From assembly GCF_009914755.1 (NCBI RefSeq), contig NC_060929.1: a stretch of DNA of 64,000 bases; one strand, given 5' to 3'. Both the position numbers and the translations under genes were made by a program. This document shows positions 26,155 through 43,499 of this stretch, in pieces. Origin of the DNA: the human T2T-CHM13v2.0 reference genome, Homo sapiens. The notes beneath the pieces were generated by a model. The model had not been told where the DNA came from and searched no databases. It saw only the letters and a program-made list of their open reading frames with translations. Numbering within the stretch: position 1 is the stretch's first letter; each line of letters opens with the position of its first letter.

Positions 26155-29100
26155 TGAGCACCAGGGATTTTTCTCATTAATCTTTCCAAGAAATTTAAGT
26201 CCTCCTACCCTCAAGTTTTTGTAATTCTGTTTATAGGCAGGTAAAGGGAAGCCTGGGATGGTCAGGAGAGTTGTCCAACAACTCCTTATTTTCATTCTGA
26301 ATGTTCGCCTGGTCTGCTTTGTCCCGCCCTGGCCACGGAGGGGCTCTACCCTGGTCAACTCTGACTTCCCAATAATCTAAAATCCTCTTGAACTTCTTAA
26401 TCTCTTGCTCTTAAAGTTATTGACACCTGGAGTTGGTTTTCTTTATTTTCTATAATTTGAGCAGAAGAAAAGTACCACCGGGTTGATGGGAAGCCTCCAC
26501 ACCACCAGTCTCTGGGTGTCATGGCCTCAGCTGACGGAACCACCTGCTAAAACACGTTCATGGCAGAGGCACGGCACCAAGGGAACCTGAGTGTGTCCTT
26601 GTCACGTCACCTCTACTCTCCTGTGATGTATCATCAAACGTCGGCACTCACCAGTGCGGTGCAGTGAGGGCCGCTGGAGACCCAGCCTGGCTCAAGTCAC
26701 AGCCGCTGACGCCACTGCCATCTTGCAAGCCTGGGCGTGCTTCTTATTTATTAACTTTTTCATAGCCCAGTCCCCCGCCCCCCACCGTGTCCTCGGGGGT
26801 CCACAAGCTCTGGACCTTTGTCTTGGAACATCCCGGAGTGGAAAAGAGGTGCAGGGGGTGGGGGAGGCCCTCCTGGTGCTGCAAGGGGGTGCCAGTCCCT
26901 GCAATCACCACCATCTTTCCAGCAGACAGGCATTGAAAAGTGTAAGCCTCATGGGCGCCAGGCAATAATGGCACCCACACACAATGACACTCGGAGGTGC
27001 TGCGGTCGCCATTCCCGGTGCTTTGCTTTTCACCTTTTATCCTTCTCAGCATCATGACTTAATCCACTCTAATGAGGTGAGCTCAACTGCCAGGAGCCAG
27101 CGGCCACACAGCTCCCTCCGGCCCCAAGTGGGCTTTGTAAGAAGCCTGAAAAGAAGGGACTTTGTCAGCTTTCCAGGAAAGAAGCTGGGACGCCTTTGAC
27201 AAAGTTTCCTTAGCTTTTTCTGCACCCCCTTTCCCGCCCCCAACCAGCGAGTTCTCTCCATCCCTGCCTGAGAATCGCCGTGCTGTGTACGAGGTACTCC
27301 TCATTAGGTGGGTAGCACTCAAGGTTGCCTGTCTGCACGTCCAACTTAGCGCCGCACATGTTTCTCCTAGCTTGAAGGACACGGCTGGTGGCCACATGTC
27401 ACTGTTTACAAACAGCAGGTGATTGCCAACAGCAGCAGCAGCCGGAGTGTGAATCCCTCTTGCTCTCTTCTCACCCATCTGTCCACACGTCTCGAGCTGG
27501 AGGGACCCAGGTACAGAGAGCAGCAGCCAGGGCCACAGAGGCAAGATGGCCTGGCTGACAAAAGCACATAGGAGGAGGGAAGACATAACCTACTTTATTT
27601 CGCCTAATGCGGCAGCATGTTTTAAAGGAGGAAACAAGAGTTGGTTTAATTGGTGAATCCCGTATGTTCCCCATCGTAGGGCTCTGCAGCACGGTGGCTG
27701 TGCGGGGAGATCAGATGTCACCGCACCGCTCCTGCACCTGCCCGCCGCCAGCCCGGCTCCACGGCAGCCTGGATTCATAATTAGCATCTTCTCTTCCTCC
27801 GACTCCACACTGCTCTGCCGTGTGTCTTGGTCTTGGAAAACATCAGGCCTCTGCCCCTTCCCAGGTGGACAAGAGACCCAGGAAGGTGCACAAGCAGTTC
27901 ACTGAGCTCCTGATGCTTGCAGCTCTCCTGGCCCTCCATGCACACATCTCTTATTTTTATAATTAATGCAATATTTTACTTTAATGACTTTGTTTTGGTT
28001 GAAAAAGGGGAGAAAGAAGAAAAGACAAGCACAATGCATTGAGAGCTCATGGGATTAACCGCGTGGTCGTAATAAATGTAGATACAACCAAAGCATGGAG
28101 GAAAAAAAAATTGGCTGTTACATGGCTTGACCCTCCCTCCCTCTTCTCCAGCCTTAATCTGATTTTTGCCAAACCCTTTTGATGTATCAGGGGCAGGCAA
28201 GTCAGGTCCACAAGTACAGATGGACTAAATATGGAGATTAGCCCCTTCTCCTCCTGCCTGGGCTTCTAATACCTGATTAAGTCTAGAATCGAGCAATTGT
28301 CTCCGAGCTGGCTATCAGAGTGGCCGGGCTCAGAAGGGGGCAGGATGAAGGCTGATTTTGTAATGGATACTTATTTTATCCCAGTGCTATAAGAAGATTA
28401 GGCCTGGGGGTGTCACATTAGCCGTGATCTCTGAGCCCCTGGTTGTCTCTTGCCGGTTTCAAACACCTCTCTTAGAACAAACAGGGAGCTTGGACCCAGC
28501 GGCCCCATGGCGGGCATGAATAATTGCCCACTGCAAACTGTTTGAAGATCACAAAGTGCTGTGTAAATTACTCAGTTTGGGCTTTAGTCGGGGTGATTTG
28601 TGGTGACTTATTGAATCTTTTCACAGTTCAGAATTAAACTTTCTCCACTGCTAACTGCAGACAGCGTAGAATGAAAGTTGAGTCTTAACTGACAGTCCTC
28701 TCCTTAGATCAATCTTTGCAAAAGCCCCAGCAGAGTCACGCGGTTCTGCACAGACTTCCCTGCATTTCAGAGGGACTAGGGGATGCCTATTCTTAGCCAA
28801 GTTATGCCTATTCAGCATGCAACTTAAAATAGCTATTGAACAAAAAAAAAGGGGGGGGGCACTGCTTGTTTTGAATCACTCACAGGTTTTTGGCAAGAAC
28901 TCTTGGCTAATTTTTCTACCAACATATCCAATTTATTTTTTGTTTGTTTTTAAACATGACGCATTTCTTTAATTAGTGAGGACAAACAAGATAGAAACAG
29001 AAAAAAAAAAGTTAAAAAATTCCTATTGGAGAAACGATACCATTAAACAACTGTCAATTAGAGAGAATTAGCTGGGCTGGTAGGTTTCCATCTGAGTCAA

Positions 29101-29888
29101 CTCTGGGTGTTCATGGTCCCAGTGCTAACACCACCAATCGTCATTTGAATAGGATGGGGACTGCTTCTGTATTTTAAATACATTTCTGCAGTAGGTTATT
29201 GGAGGTTTGATATTAACCAGCATTTTGATCACTATAGGCTTTTCCTTTGTGTAGACCTGATCTAAGTTGTTTTTGATAAATAATAATTATAAAATAACAA
29301 AAACTATAATATCAAAATAAAGATGACCTTTAATCTTGCCAAATATCTTAGAAATAATGTAGGAATATAGGCGCTTGCTCCAAAGGGCTTTCATGGTAAA
29401 CACCTCAGACAGTATTTTCATATTTCTACTGTTCTCTTAGAAAACCAATAGTTCTAACATTCTGCTAATTATTCAGAAACTTGTAATCAGACATCTGAAC
29501 ATATAAATATTTTAAAATCACATACTATTAAGAAAAAAATCAAAATTAGAATACGCAAGTACAAATGTAATTATTTAGTGGAAAGATTATTGTAGTTTTG
29601 TATATTTGTTTGGTCTGATTTGTTTTTATCATGTTATGTTTTAAAGTAAATACTGAGTGAATATTCACAGTAAGTAGAATTTGCAGAGTCCAGTGTTGCA
29701 AATGTAAAAGAAATGCAATCTACTCAGCTACAGAGTCTCCCCTATCCCCTCAAGTAGAATAGTTTTTGTTCTTGTTTTCATGTTATTACTAACATGTTTG
29801 TCACCTAGTAAAGACCAAGAAAAATTGACAGAAAAAAACTTAAATAGACTGTGCTACTTTGTTTTAAAATAGGATTAGTAACTTAAAA

Positions 29889-29914
29889 CACACACACACA
29901 CACACACACACACA
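29889..29914. repeat. (CA)13 microsatellite
   Basis: Read directly from the sequence. Confidence 0.95.
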
Positions 29915-30479
29915 ACCATGAATCTCCTTTGCAAAGGCAGGTACATTTCATGATCCTTATTAGATTTGGCCTAGTTAGCTACTAATCATAGCATTTACCT
30001 AAATTACAGAAGCAGATGCAATGCTTAGAAGGATAAACTGGTTTCAATTAATACACCTATACATTCTACCATACACATTTTTGTGTTCGTTGCAGGCTGA
30101 CAAATTTTTGATGGCTTTCAAACCAACAAAATAACCATATATGTAAAACAAAAAGGCTTTTTGTTGGTAGGGCATAAGGTGGTAAGAACAATCTAGATAA
30201 CTTTTGGTTTCCAACTCCATTTAGTTATTACCTATCTAAATCTAGGTCAGTGTATTTCTTGTAGAAAGACTGAATTCTTATAGAAAGAGTGCATATTTCT
30301 ATATATTTGATTACTACCATATGCAGGGCATGGACCTAGGCACCTTAGTGATATGTGGATGAGAAACTTCTAGAAACTGACCTGCGCAGAGTCATGGAGG
30401 TGTGTGCATGTGTGTGTGCTCAGAAGGAAGATGAACAAAGAGAGCCTCCTAGTAGTAAAAACACATTTTTAGCATTTCT

Positions 30480-30650
30480 TAGCTTCAGTCTGTTCTAAGT
30501 GCTTTACATGCATAAACTGAGTAATGTTGTGCGGTGTAATTATTTTTATCCCCATATTGTGGTGAAACTGAGGTGAGTTAACACGCCCAAGTCCACACCA
30601 GCTCATGGGTGGGAGGCTGCACTGCTTGGCTCTTGAGTTCTGGCTTTTCG
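30480..30650 (-). mobile_element. MIR
   Basis: TGTTCTAAGTGCTTTACATG...ATCCCCATATTGTGGTGAAACTGAGG...GCCCAAGTCCACAC. Confidence 0.6.
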
Positions 30651-31000
30651 TCCCACCAGCTGCGTCTTGTCATGAGAGTAGTAAACAAAGGGTGATGGGC
30701 ATTTCTAGGTAGGGATGCCGCTTGCCATTTTGAGAAGCCCACTGCTGGTTGCCTCATTCATTTTTGTCTGATTCATGGGGTCGAGCAGGGTGTAGCTAAA
30801 GATGAGGCTGCAGAGTGGAGTTGAGGTCAGACCACAGAAGTGTTCGCAGACATTTGGAGGCCACCCACCTCTACCCAATAGACAAGAACAAGCATCTGAA
30901 GGACTTTGCACAGGGGCATGGCTTAAAGTACAAATGGAAATTCAGTTAAAACAGGATCAAATGAAACATTTACTTATGTACTTCTCTGTCATCTCTATAG

Positions 31001-31317
<317 letters not shown>

Positions 31318-32242
31318 AATTATTTTTTAATGATCACATGTCAGCCTAGCTAGAATAGGAGCTCAGGTTACTTTCATTAGGCTTATGATGCTAATTTAGC
31401 TTTCTCATGACCTAACTTGAGACCCTTTAGGATTCAATTAAAATATAATCTATCATTTGTCATAGTCCAGCACAGACACCAACCAACTCTCAATGGTGCC
31501 TGGTCAAGGAATTCAGGACAAAGTAGCTCAGGGTTGCCCGATCTGTGCATAGAACATATCCAGATATCATAATGGGCTAGTTCCTCAATTTCTCAGAGTT
31601 CTCTTTGGGAGAAGAGAGAGAAATAGGGGTTCAAGCTCCTAATTCTCAATAGTAAAGGGCACAATGGAGAGGCTTTTGTTTGGTTGCTGAGGATTCTGTC
31701 TGTCAGGGCAAGAAAGCAAGTTTGGTTCATCTTGCTGGCCCACTGTGTGCTCCTATAATCCCTGGCCTTTGGGTGGTCATTCATAGGTGTTTTTGTGACT
31801 TCCAGTCCATTCAGGTGACATGAGAAGCTGGGATGCCATTTCTTCTTACATAGTCAGCCTCTGAGATAATAGCACCCAGGGGCCTTGTTTGAGCCTGGTG
31901 CCTCACTCTATTTCAGCATCACAAGAGGAAGCTCACCCTTGGCCAGGAAATGTGAAACACACTATGGGTTACAATGGAGCAGGAATGTGATGGGCTATTA
32001 TTATAAAGAACCCCCAAGCTTATGCTCCCCTGAGGTCAGGTCCGTTCTCAGAGCAAAAAGAAGACTCTGTAAACACATGACACATACACAAATTACGATT
32101 TCACAGATTGATTAATGCTTCAATGAATCAAAAGATGTTAAAATGCCAGGCTCTGTAATTAAAGTCTGGATTGGAATCTAGGCTTTACAGTGTTACTGAT
32201 TTGAGAGCTTGGGCAAGCTGCTTAAGTTCTGTTTGCCTCCGG

Positions 32243-32582
32243 TTTTTTGTGTTTTGTTTTTTGTTATTTCTTTGTTTTTGTTTTTGTTTTTGTTTTGTTT
32301 TTGAGATGGAGTTTCGGTCTTGTTGACCAGGCTAAAGTGCAATGGCGCGATCTTGGCTCACTGCAACCTCTGCCTCCCGGGTTCGCAATTCTTCTGCCTC
32401 AGCCTTCTGAGTAGCTGGGATTACAGGCATGCGCCACCATGCCCGGCTAATTTTGTGGTTTTAGTAGAGATGGGGTTCCTCCATGTTGGTCAGGCTGGTC
32501 TCAAACTCCTGATCTCAGATGATCCACCTGCCTCAGCCTCCCAAAGTGCTTGGATTATAGGCATAAGCCACCACACCTGGCC
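32243..32582 (-). mobile_element. AluSp with a (GTTTTT)n tail, inserted in a MIR (about 32150-32700)
   Basis: TCTTGTTG, CAATGGCG, CTCCATGTTGGTCAGG diagnostics. Imperfect TSD TGCCTC..TTTTT. Flanks read as MIR CTTGGGCAAG...TCTAAAAGATGGGAATAATA. Confidence 0.9.
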
Positions 32583-33527
32583 TGCCTCTGTTTTTTATCT
32601 AAAAGATGGGAATAATAACAGTACTCAGATTGTAAATTTGGTGTGAGTTTTAGTGTCAGCAACAATGATAAGTTCTCATAAAAATTAAGCATAATATATG
32701 TTAAGCACCTGCTATACATTCAGATTCTGGTATAGATGAAATGAAAAAATTAAAGAATGAGACAGGCCCTGTCATCACAGACAGGGAACAAAAGCTCAAA
32801 GTAATCAGGAGAACAACATAAGTGGTGAGTCTTTTCTTTGAAAAAAAAAAAAAAAAAGTCTATCTTGCAGATTCATTTCAGATGATTGTCCAGTGAAGAG
32901 AGGAGACAAGGATGGTTTAATCCTGGGACAACCTTGGGGGAAGGTCAGGCTGAGGAGGACCTTGAAGAATGGGGAAGCTTGGAAAGAAGAGGGGCTATGA
33001 GATCCGAACTTGCAGCAGAAGGACAGCACTCTTGGGCACAAGAGTCCAGAGGCCGAATGTAGGGTGTATGAGTATTTGAAAAAGTAAGAAAATCTAAAAT
33101 TTTTGTTATGATAATTAGATTTTAGCTTGTATACAAAGATATTAGAGCAAGAGAGTAATATCACAAATGCTATAGAGGTGAATTTAGGTTAGCTTCTCCT
33201 GAAGCACAAATCCACTAGATTAGCATGTACAGAACTTGAAGGCCCAGAGAAATGGGGACAGAGTGGGGTGGCGAGCAGGTCCTAACAGCCAACCATTGAC
33301 AGATGGTGAGGCTTTAAATTAGATGGTGGCAGTGGGAATGAAAAAGGAGAATAAAAACAATAACAGTTATAGTAATGTCAATGACACAGCAGCAATGTTG
33401 ATCACCTACCCTGTTCAAATGTTGTAAAGCACACACATTGCTTCATGTAATTACATGCATACGTTTCTGATTTCTGTTTATATTCCTGCTATTAAATCAT
33501 AGATTTCCCCCTAAAACGGTTATGGAG

Positions 33528-33670
33528 CTATTTATTGAGCATTTCCTTGATAGGAGACACTGTTCTAGGCACTTTACAAACATACAGAACCTTATTGATT
33601 CCTCCGGTAGCATTGCATGAGAAGATCATATGGATGAGAGGTGAGCAGCTGCTTGGAGAGTCACAACATA
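33528..33670 (-). mobile_element. MIR
   Basis: TATTTATTGAGCATTT...GACACTGTTCTAGGCACTTTACA. Confidence 0.55.
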
Positions 33671-33894
33671 AAGCTCTGTGTGTTTCATTATCATTAATAG
33701 ACTGCTGGACACCTACATCACCACTTCTGTCGGTGTATCCACACAAAGATGTGCGATTACCTTCATTCTATTTATCTATTTATTGTTCAGCTTTTCCATA
33801 TAGTCTTTAAATACATTAAATAAATGTTTACATACGTTTGCAAATACTTGAATTACTATCATTCACCATAACTGAATCTGCCCAAGTGTAATAT

Positions 33895-34058
33895 GATCTG
33901 TTCAGTCAGATTTTCCCATCCAAGAAGCCGGATAAAAATCCTGATTCTCATGTCCCACAGCTGGAGATTACGATTTAGTAGGTCTGGACCAGGGCCCGGG
34001 ATTCTGCATTTTTACAAATTTCCCAGGTTACTCTTCTGCACACAGATGTCTGAGAACG
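33895..34058. mobile_element. MER5A/B (hAT-Charlie) fragment
   Basis: GGAGATTACGATTTAGTAGGTCTGG...ATTCTGCATTTTTACAAATTTCCCAGGT...TGAGAAC. Confidence 0.65.
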
Positions 34059-35276
34059 CAGAAAAGCCACTGACTTTCTGGTCTATTTACCTGATGGTAG
34101 CTCACTGAGACCCAGTGTTATGAGCAAACAGAAAAGAAACAAAAATCTTTGAGATGAAAAGGCAAGTCAGCATTTTTAATGCCTCGGTCTTTGAAGCGTA
34201 AACAGGGATTCTTCTCACTTACTCGGTGACACAGACCTCCTTCACACGCTTCCCACTCCAGCCCCGCCCTTAGCATCTCTGCACAGCGCAGGTGTTTGCT
34301 CTGCCTTTCTCTACCCCACCTCTATCTCTGAGACCGGTTCACAATTCCTCTGGAATTTTTACTTCTTCATTTGCATGTTGCTGTTTCAAATAAATAAGCA
34401 CGTCTGCCAGAGTCACGTTTTGTTGCATTGCAGAATGCAGGACAGTTTCCCTGGGTGAGCTGAGCACAGTGCCTCGATTGAGCAATTCCATTTCTTTATG
34501 TCTCATGGAGCGCTTCTGCGTGCACAGAACCTGCAGCCAAGGCAGGGAAGCCTAACGTGAGTCTCTAATTCACAGTGGCATCCTCCTTCCTGTAGTGAGC
34601 ATGGCGCTCCTTGGATTCCGATTCCACAACAAGAGTTCTCTGGAGTAGGGAAATTGCTCTGAGGAGAGGCAGGCAAAGGTCAGATCTTAGAAGGGAAGTG
34701 TTATTCCTTTGAAAATTGCAAGGGTCAGTTCAATAATTGCCCAGCTGAAGTGAGCCATGGCCCAGGCCCCGCACTGACAAACACGCCACAGGCTCTTTTG
34801 TAATGAGGCGGGGATTTGGTCTGGGACTTCGGCTGGTTCCCTTACACTTATGACACGGGTGTTCCAGCCCCGTGATGTGCCTGTCATCTCTTATGGCTTA
34901 TTAATAGAGATTAATCAATAAAGACAGACACAGGGCTCTTCAGTACAGTGTGCAAGGTCAACCAACTGCAGGGCAACCACCAGCCTCTGGCTCAGCCCTG
35001 ATCTTTAGTGGATGTCCCCCATCCAAAAGGTGCACGCATGAAAGAAGCTACAAAGGGAAGTGAGCGATGCTGCAGCATATCCTGAGTCTCCTTCCCTTGA
35101 GGCCCAGGGAAGAGGCAGTGGGCCGTTCTGGGGGGCCACTGGGCATCTGCCTTCTGGAACAGGTAGACAAGCCAGGAAACCCACAGCCCTGGGGCAGCAC
35201 CTTTCCTCTGATGATGTCATGGTTTTCCTCTACTTGTTCCATTTCATCCACTGGGCACCGCTCTTTCTCCCATACA

Positions 35277-36772
<1,496 letters not shown>

Positions 36773-37090
36773 TATACTCACAAGTATGCCTTTATAGAGT
36801 CACAATATATATTTTTAAGTTAATTCAAGATATTTTTTAACTATAGAATTATTGTATTACCTTATAAAATGGGGGGTATCTTTCAGGGGTAAATGATTCA
36901 CTTTTGAAATATTTCTTTTTAGTCTTTTTAATGCACATCGGTCTTTTGGGCACATTGGAATTACATGGTTATGGGAGCCTACTCTTCTCCAGTACACTCT
37001 CCGATATTTAAGTTCCTCTGTCCCTGGATATTTGGATAGATGTCAGTGTTTCACTCTTACACACAACACTGAGACAGCTCTCTCAGTTTA

Positions 37091-37303
37091 TTTTTTTGTT
37101 TTTTATTTTTTTTTATTTTATTATACTTTAAGTTCTAGGGTACATGTGCACAAGGTGCAGGTTTGTTACATATGTATACATGCACCCTGTTGGTGTGCTG
37201 CACCCATTAACTCGCCATTTACATTAGGTATATCTCCTAATGCTATCCCTCCCCCCTCCCCCCACCCCACAACAGGCCCCGGGGTGTGATGTTCCCCATC
37301 CTG
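37091..37303 (-). mobile_element. Severely 5'-truncated L1PA (PA5-like), ~210 bp
   Basis: L1 3' UTR (TATACTTTAAGTTCTAGGGTACATGTGCAC...TTTACATTAGG). Perfect 15-bp TSD AGCTCTCTCAGTTTA at 37076-37090 and 37304-37318. Confidence 0.93.
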
Positions 37304-37944
37304 AGCTCTCTCAGTTTAAATTACCAACTGCATCCCTGAGTTTTTCCTTAGGAGATATTCCTTCAGTGGAATTGCTGAGCTCAAATGTCTGGATGGGCTA
37401 AAACTCTATCGATTGTAAAAATGCTCTGCAGAAAACTTATGCCAAATATAAAATCCCACTACAACTACGAGAGAAGTGGCTCAGAACACCTTGGACAGGA
37501 TTCAGCATTACATGCTAGATATCAATAAGTCAGACACAATTTGCTCTAACTTGCATTTTATCTGGATACGATAATGTCAGGCAATGTTTTGTAACTTTAT
37601 AGGGTCTTTTCATTTCATATCTTGTATTTGCATCATTGTCTTTATTGTTCATTATTTTTAGTAGAAATTGTATATTAAAATTTATAATATTTAATATCAT
37701 AACCTTTGAGCTCTTCCATTGATAAATATGCTCAAAATGTCCCATGTCTCAGATCAGATAATGTAGAAAAATTGTATTCTGTATAACTCTTTAATCCATT
37801 TGAAGAATATTTTTTCAAAGGCTATAATTTGAGTACTTGGCTGTTTTTTCAAATATTCATTTTTGGAACCTATTTTCTGAATGATATGTCCTTCCTCATT
37901 CTGTTCATTGCACTTTTGTCCACACAACAGGGACTGACCAGCAG

Positions 37945-38129
37945 GAAGATCTCTTGTGGACCGTCTATGCTATTCTGTGGACCTCAGCATTTGAGTAGTA
38001 CTGTCCCAGAAAGCTGGCATCTCACATCATGAATGAGAAGCTCTCTCGTGGAGCGTCTGTGCTGTTCTGCGGACCTCAGCATTTGAGTCGTACTGTTCCA
38101 CAAAAGCTGGCGTCTCACATCGTGAATGA
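37945..38129. repeat. ~92-bp tandem duplication (2 diverged copies)
   Basis: GAAG.TCTCT.GTGGA.CGTCT...GGACCTCAGCATTTGAGT...AAAGCTGGC.TCTCACATC.TGAATGA at 37945 and 38037. Confidence 0.92.
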
Positions 38130-38427
38130 CAAGGCCCCACTAGCCACTCTGATTTGTGAACATTTTCACACTGACACTTATCTGTGTATGCTCCAAATGA
38201 AGTTTAGAATCTTTTGTGGAAAGGTTAAAAAATCCACCTGATTTTGAATATGGGCCGGAGGGTGACTTAAGTCTGTACATGATTGTGAGATAGACACTAA
38301 CATTTCTAGAGCACTATCTGTACATAAGGTATCACAAAAAGTGTGTTTTACACATCATTACATGTTTACTGACAACAATGCTATTATCACCATTTTCTAG
38401 AAGAAAAACCTGAGGCAGAAGGAGATT

Positions 38428-38537
38428 GGTTTCCCAGGTCAGAAGGCCACCCTTGGGTTTCCCAGGTCAGAAGGCCACCCTTGGGTTTCCCAGGTCAGAA
38501 GGCCACCCTTGGGTTTCCCAGGTCAGAAGGCCACCTT
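38428..38537. repeat. 28-bp minisatellite (~4 copies) arising at the edge of an antisense MIR (about 38320-38445)
   Basis: GGTTTCCCAGGTCAGAAGGCCACCCTTG at 38428, 38456, 38484 and 38512. Confidence 0.95.
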
Positions 38538-40617
38538 AAGGGCTGGTCTTGGGGGGTGATGACAAGTCCAATCAGTCCTCCAGTTCTAAATAGCAAGGAC
38601 CCATCTCTTGCTTGAGGTGATCTTTTCTGCCACCACTTAGCCTCCATGTACAAGTGAGAAGATGTGGTACTTAGTTTTCTGTTCCTGCATTAGCTTGCTA
38701 AGGATAATGGCTTCCAGCTCCATGCGTGTTCCAGCAAAAGACATGATCTCATTCTTTTTCATGGCTGCATAGTATTCCATGGTGAATATGTACCACATTT
38801 TCTGTATCCACTGTTATTGATGGGCATTTATGTTGATTCCATGACTTTGCTATTGTGAACAGTGCTTCAATGAACATACATGTGCATGTGTCTTTATAGT
38901 AGAATGATTTACATTCTTTTGAGTATATACCCAGGAATGAGATTGCTGAGTCAACTGGTAGTTCTGCTTTAGATCTCTGAGGAATCATCTTACAGCTTTC
39001 AACAATGCTTGAACTAATTTATACTCCTACCAATAGTGTATGAGGGCTCTCTTTTCTCCACAACCTCGCCAGTATCTATGGTTTTTTGACTTATTAATAT
39101 TAGCCATTCTGATTGGTGTGAGATGATATCTCATTGTGGTTTTGATTTGCATTTATCTAATGATCAGTTATATTGAGCTTTTTTTCATATGCTTGTGGGC
39201 TGCATGTTTGTCATCTTTTGAAAAGTGTGTTCATGTCCTTTGCCCACTTTTTAATGGGGTTGTTTTTCTCATGTAGATTTAAGAACCTTATAAATGCTGA
39301 ATATTAGACCTTTGTCAGATGCATAGTTTGCAAATATTTTCTCTCATTCTGTAGATTGTTTACTCTGTTGATAGTTTCCTTTGCTGTGCAGAGGCTCTTA
39401 AGTTTAATTAGATCCCATTTATTAATTTTTGCTTTTGGTATCTTTGTCATGAAATCTTTGCCTATTCCTATGTCCAGGATGATATTGCCTAGGTTGTCTT
39501 CCAGGATTTTTAGTTTTGGGTTTTACATTTAAGTCTTTGATCCATCTTGAGTTGATTTTTAAATATAGTGGAAGGAAGGGGTTCAGTTTTTGTCTTCTGA
39601 ATATGGCTAGCCAATATCCCAGGACATTTATTGAATGGTGAGCCTTTTCCCCATTGCCTGTTGTTGTCAGCTTTGTGCAAGATCAGGTGGTTGTAGGAGT
39701 GTGGCCTTATTCCTGGTCTCTCTACTCTTTTCCATTGGTCTATGTGCCTGTTTTTGTACCAATACCATGCTGTTTTGATTACTGTAGCCCTGAAATATAG
39801 TTTGAAGCCAGGTAACATGATGCCTCCAGCTTTGTTCTTTTCTCTTCAGATTCCCTTGGCTATTCAGGCTTTTTTTTTTGGTTCTATATAAATTTTAAAT
39901 AGTTTTATCTAGTTCTGTGAAGAATGTCATTGGTAGTTTGATAGGAATAGCATTGAATTGGTAAACTGCTTTGTGCAGTATGGCCATTTTAATGATATTG
40001 AACCTTTCTATCCATGAGCATTAAATGTTCTTCCATTTGTTTTTGTCATCTACGATTTCTTTAGGTAGCGTTTTGTAATTCTCATTGCAGAGATCTTTCA
40101 CCTCCCTAGTTAGCTGTATTCCTAGATATTTTATTTTTCTTTTGGCAATTATGAACGGGATTGCCTTCCTTATTTGGCTCTTGTCTTGGCTGTTGGTGTA
40201 TAGGAATGCTAGTGATTTTTGTGCATTGATTTTGTATCCTGAAACTTTGCAGAAATTGTTTATCAGCTGAAGGAGCTATTGGGCTGAGACTGTGGGGTTT
40301 TCTAGACATAGAATTATGTCATCTGCATGCAGGGATAGTTTGACTTCTTCTCTTCCTATTCTAGTGTCCTTTATTTTTTCTCTTGCCTGATTGCTCTGGC
40401 TAGAACTTCCAATGCGACGTTGAGTTGGAGTGGTAAGAGCACCCTTGTCTTGTGCCAGTTTTCAAAGGGAAATGCTTCCAGCTTTTGCCCACTCAGCATG
40501 ATGTTGGCTGTGGGTTTGTCATATATGCCTCTTACTATTTTGAGGTATGTTCCTTCAATACCTATTTTATTGAGAGTTTTTAACATGAATGGATGGTGAA
40601 TTTTATCGAAGGCTTTT

Positions 40618-42251
<1,634 letters not shown>

Positions 42252-42415
42252 TAATCATGTGGATTTTGTCTTCAGTTTTGTTTACATGATGAACCACATT
42301 TATTGAGTTCCATATGTTGAACCAGCCTTGCATCTTGGGGATGAAGCTTACTTGATCGTGGTGGATAAATTTTTGATGTGCTGCTGGATTCAGTTTGACA
42401 GTATTTTGTTGAGGA

Positions 42416-42818
<403 letters not shown>

Positions 42819-43499
42819 TAGAATGAGTTGGGGAGGAGTCCATCCTCAATTTTGTGGAATAGTTTCAGTGGATATGGTACCAGCTCTTCTTTGTACACCT
42901 GGTAGAATTCGGCTCTGAATCCATCAGGTCCTGGGCTTTTTTTGGTTGATAGGCTATTTATTACTGATTCAATTTCAGAACTCATTATTGATCAGTTCAA
43001 GAAATCAATTTATTCCTTGTTTAGTCTTGGAAGGTTGTATATGTCCAGGAATTTATCCATGTCTTCCAGGTTTTCTAGTTTGTGTGCATAGAGGTGTTTG
43101 TAGTACTTTCTGATGGTTATTTTTATTTCTGTTGGGTTAGTGATAATGTCACCTTTATCATTTCTAATTGCATTTATTTGGATCTTCTCTTTTTTCTTCT
43201 TTATTAGTCTAGCTAGTGACCTATCTTATTTTTTCAAAAAACTAAATCTGAATAGATTTTCTAATGTTAAATTATCTTCACTTTCCACAGCTAAATGCTA
43301 CTTGATAACTATACATCATTTTTATAATTACTGTCAAACTTGTTTTTCAACAAATCAAGTATTATGTTATTATTTCTCTATTATATTTTTGTTTTGTTTT
43401 TAGTATCACGCTTTTAGTAGTTACCTTAAAATTTTAAAAAATAGATTCTTAGTTTTTTACTTTTTACCTTAAGTTAGTACTTCAAGCAATCAAAACATC

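Noticed and set aside
28842-28859. A9G9 homopolymer junction (also C8A9 at about 58249-58265)
   Set aside because: Ordinary mononucleotide runs with no TSD or other structure.
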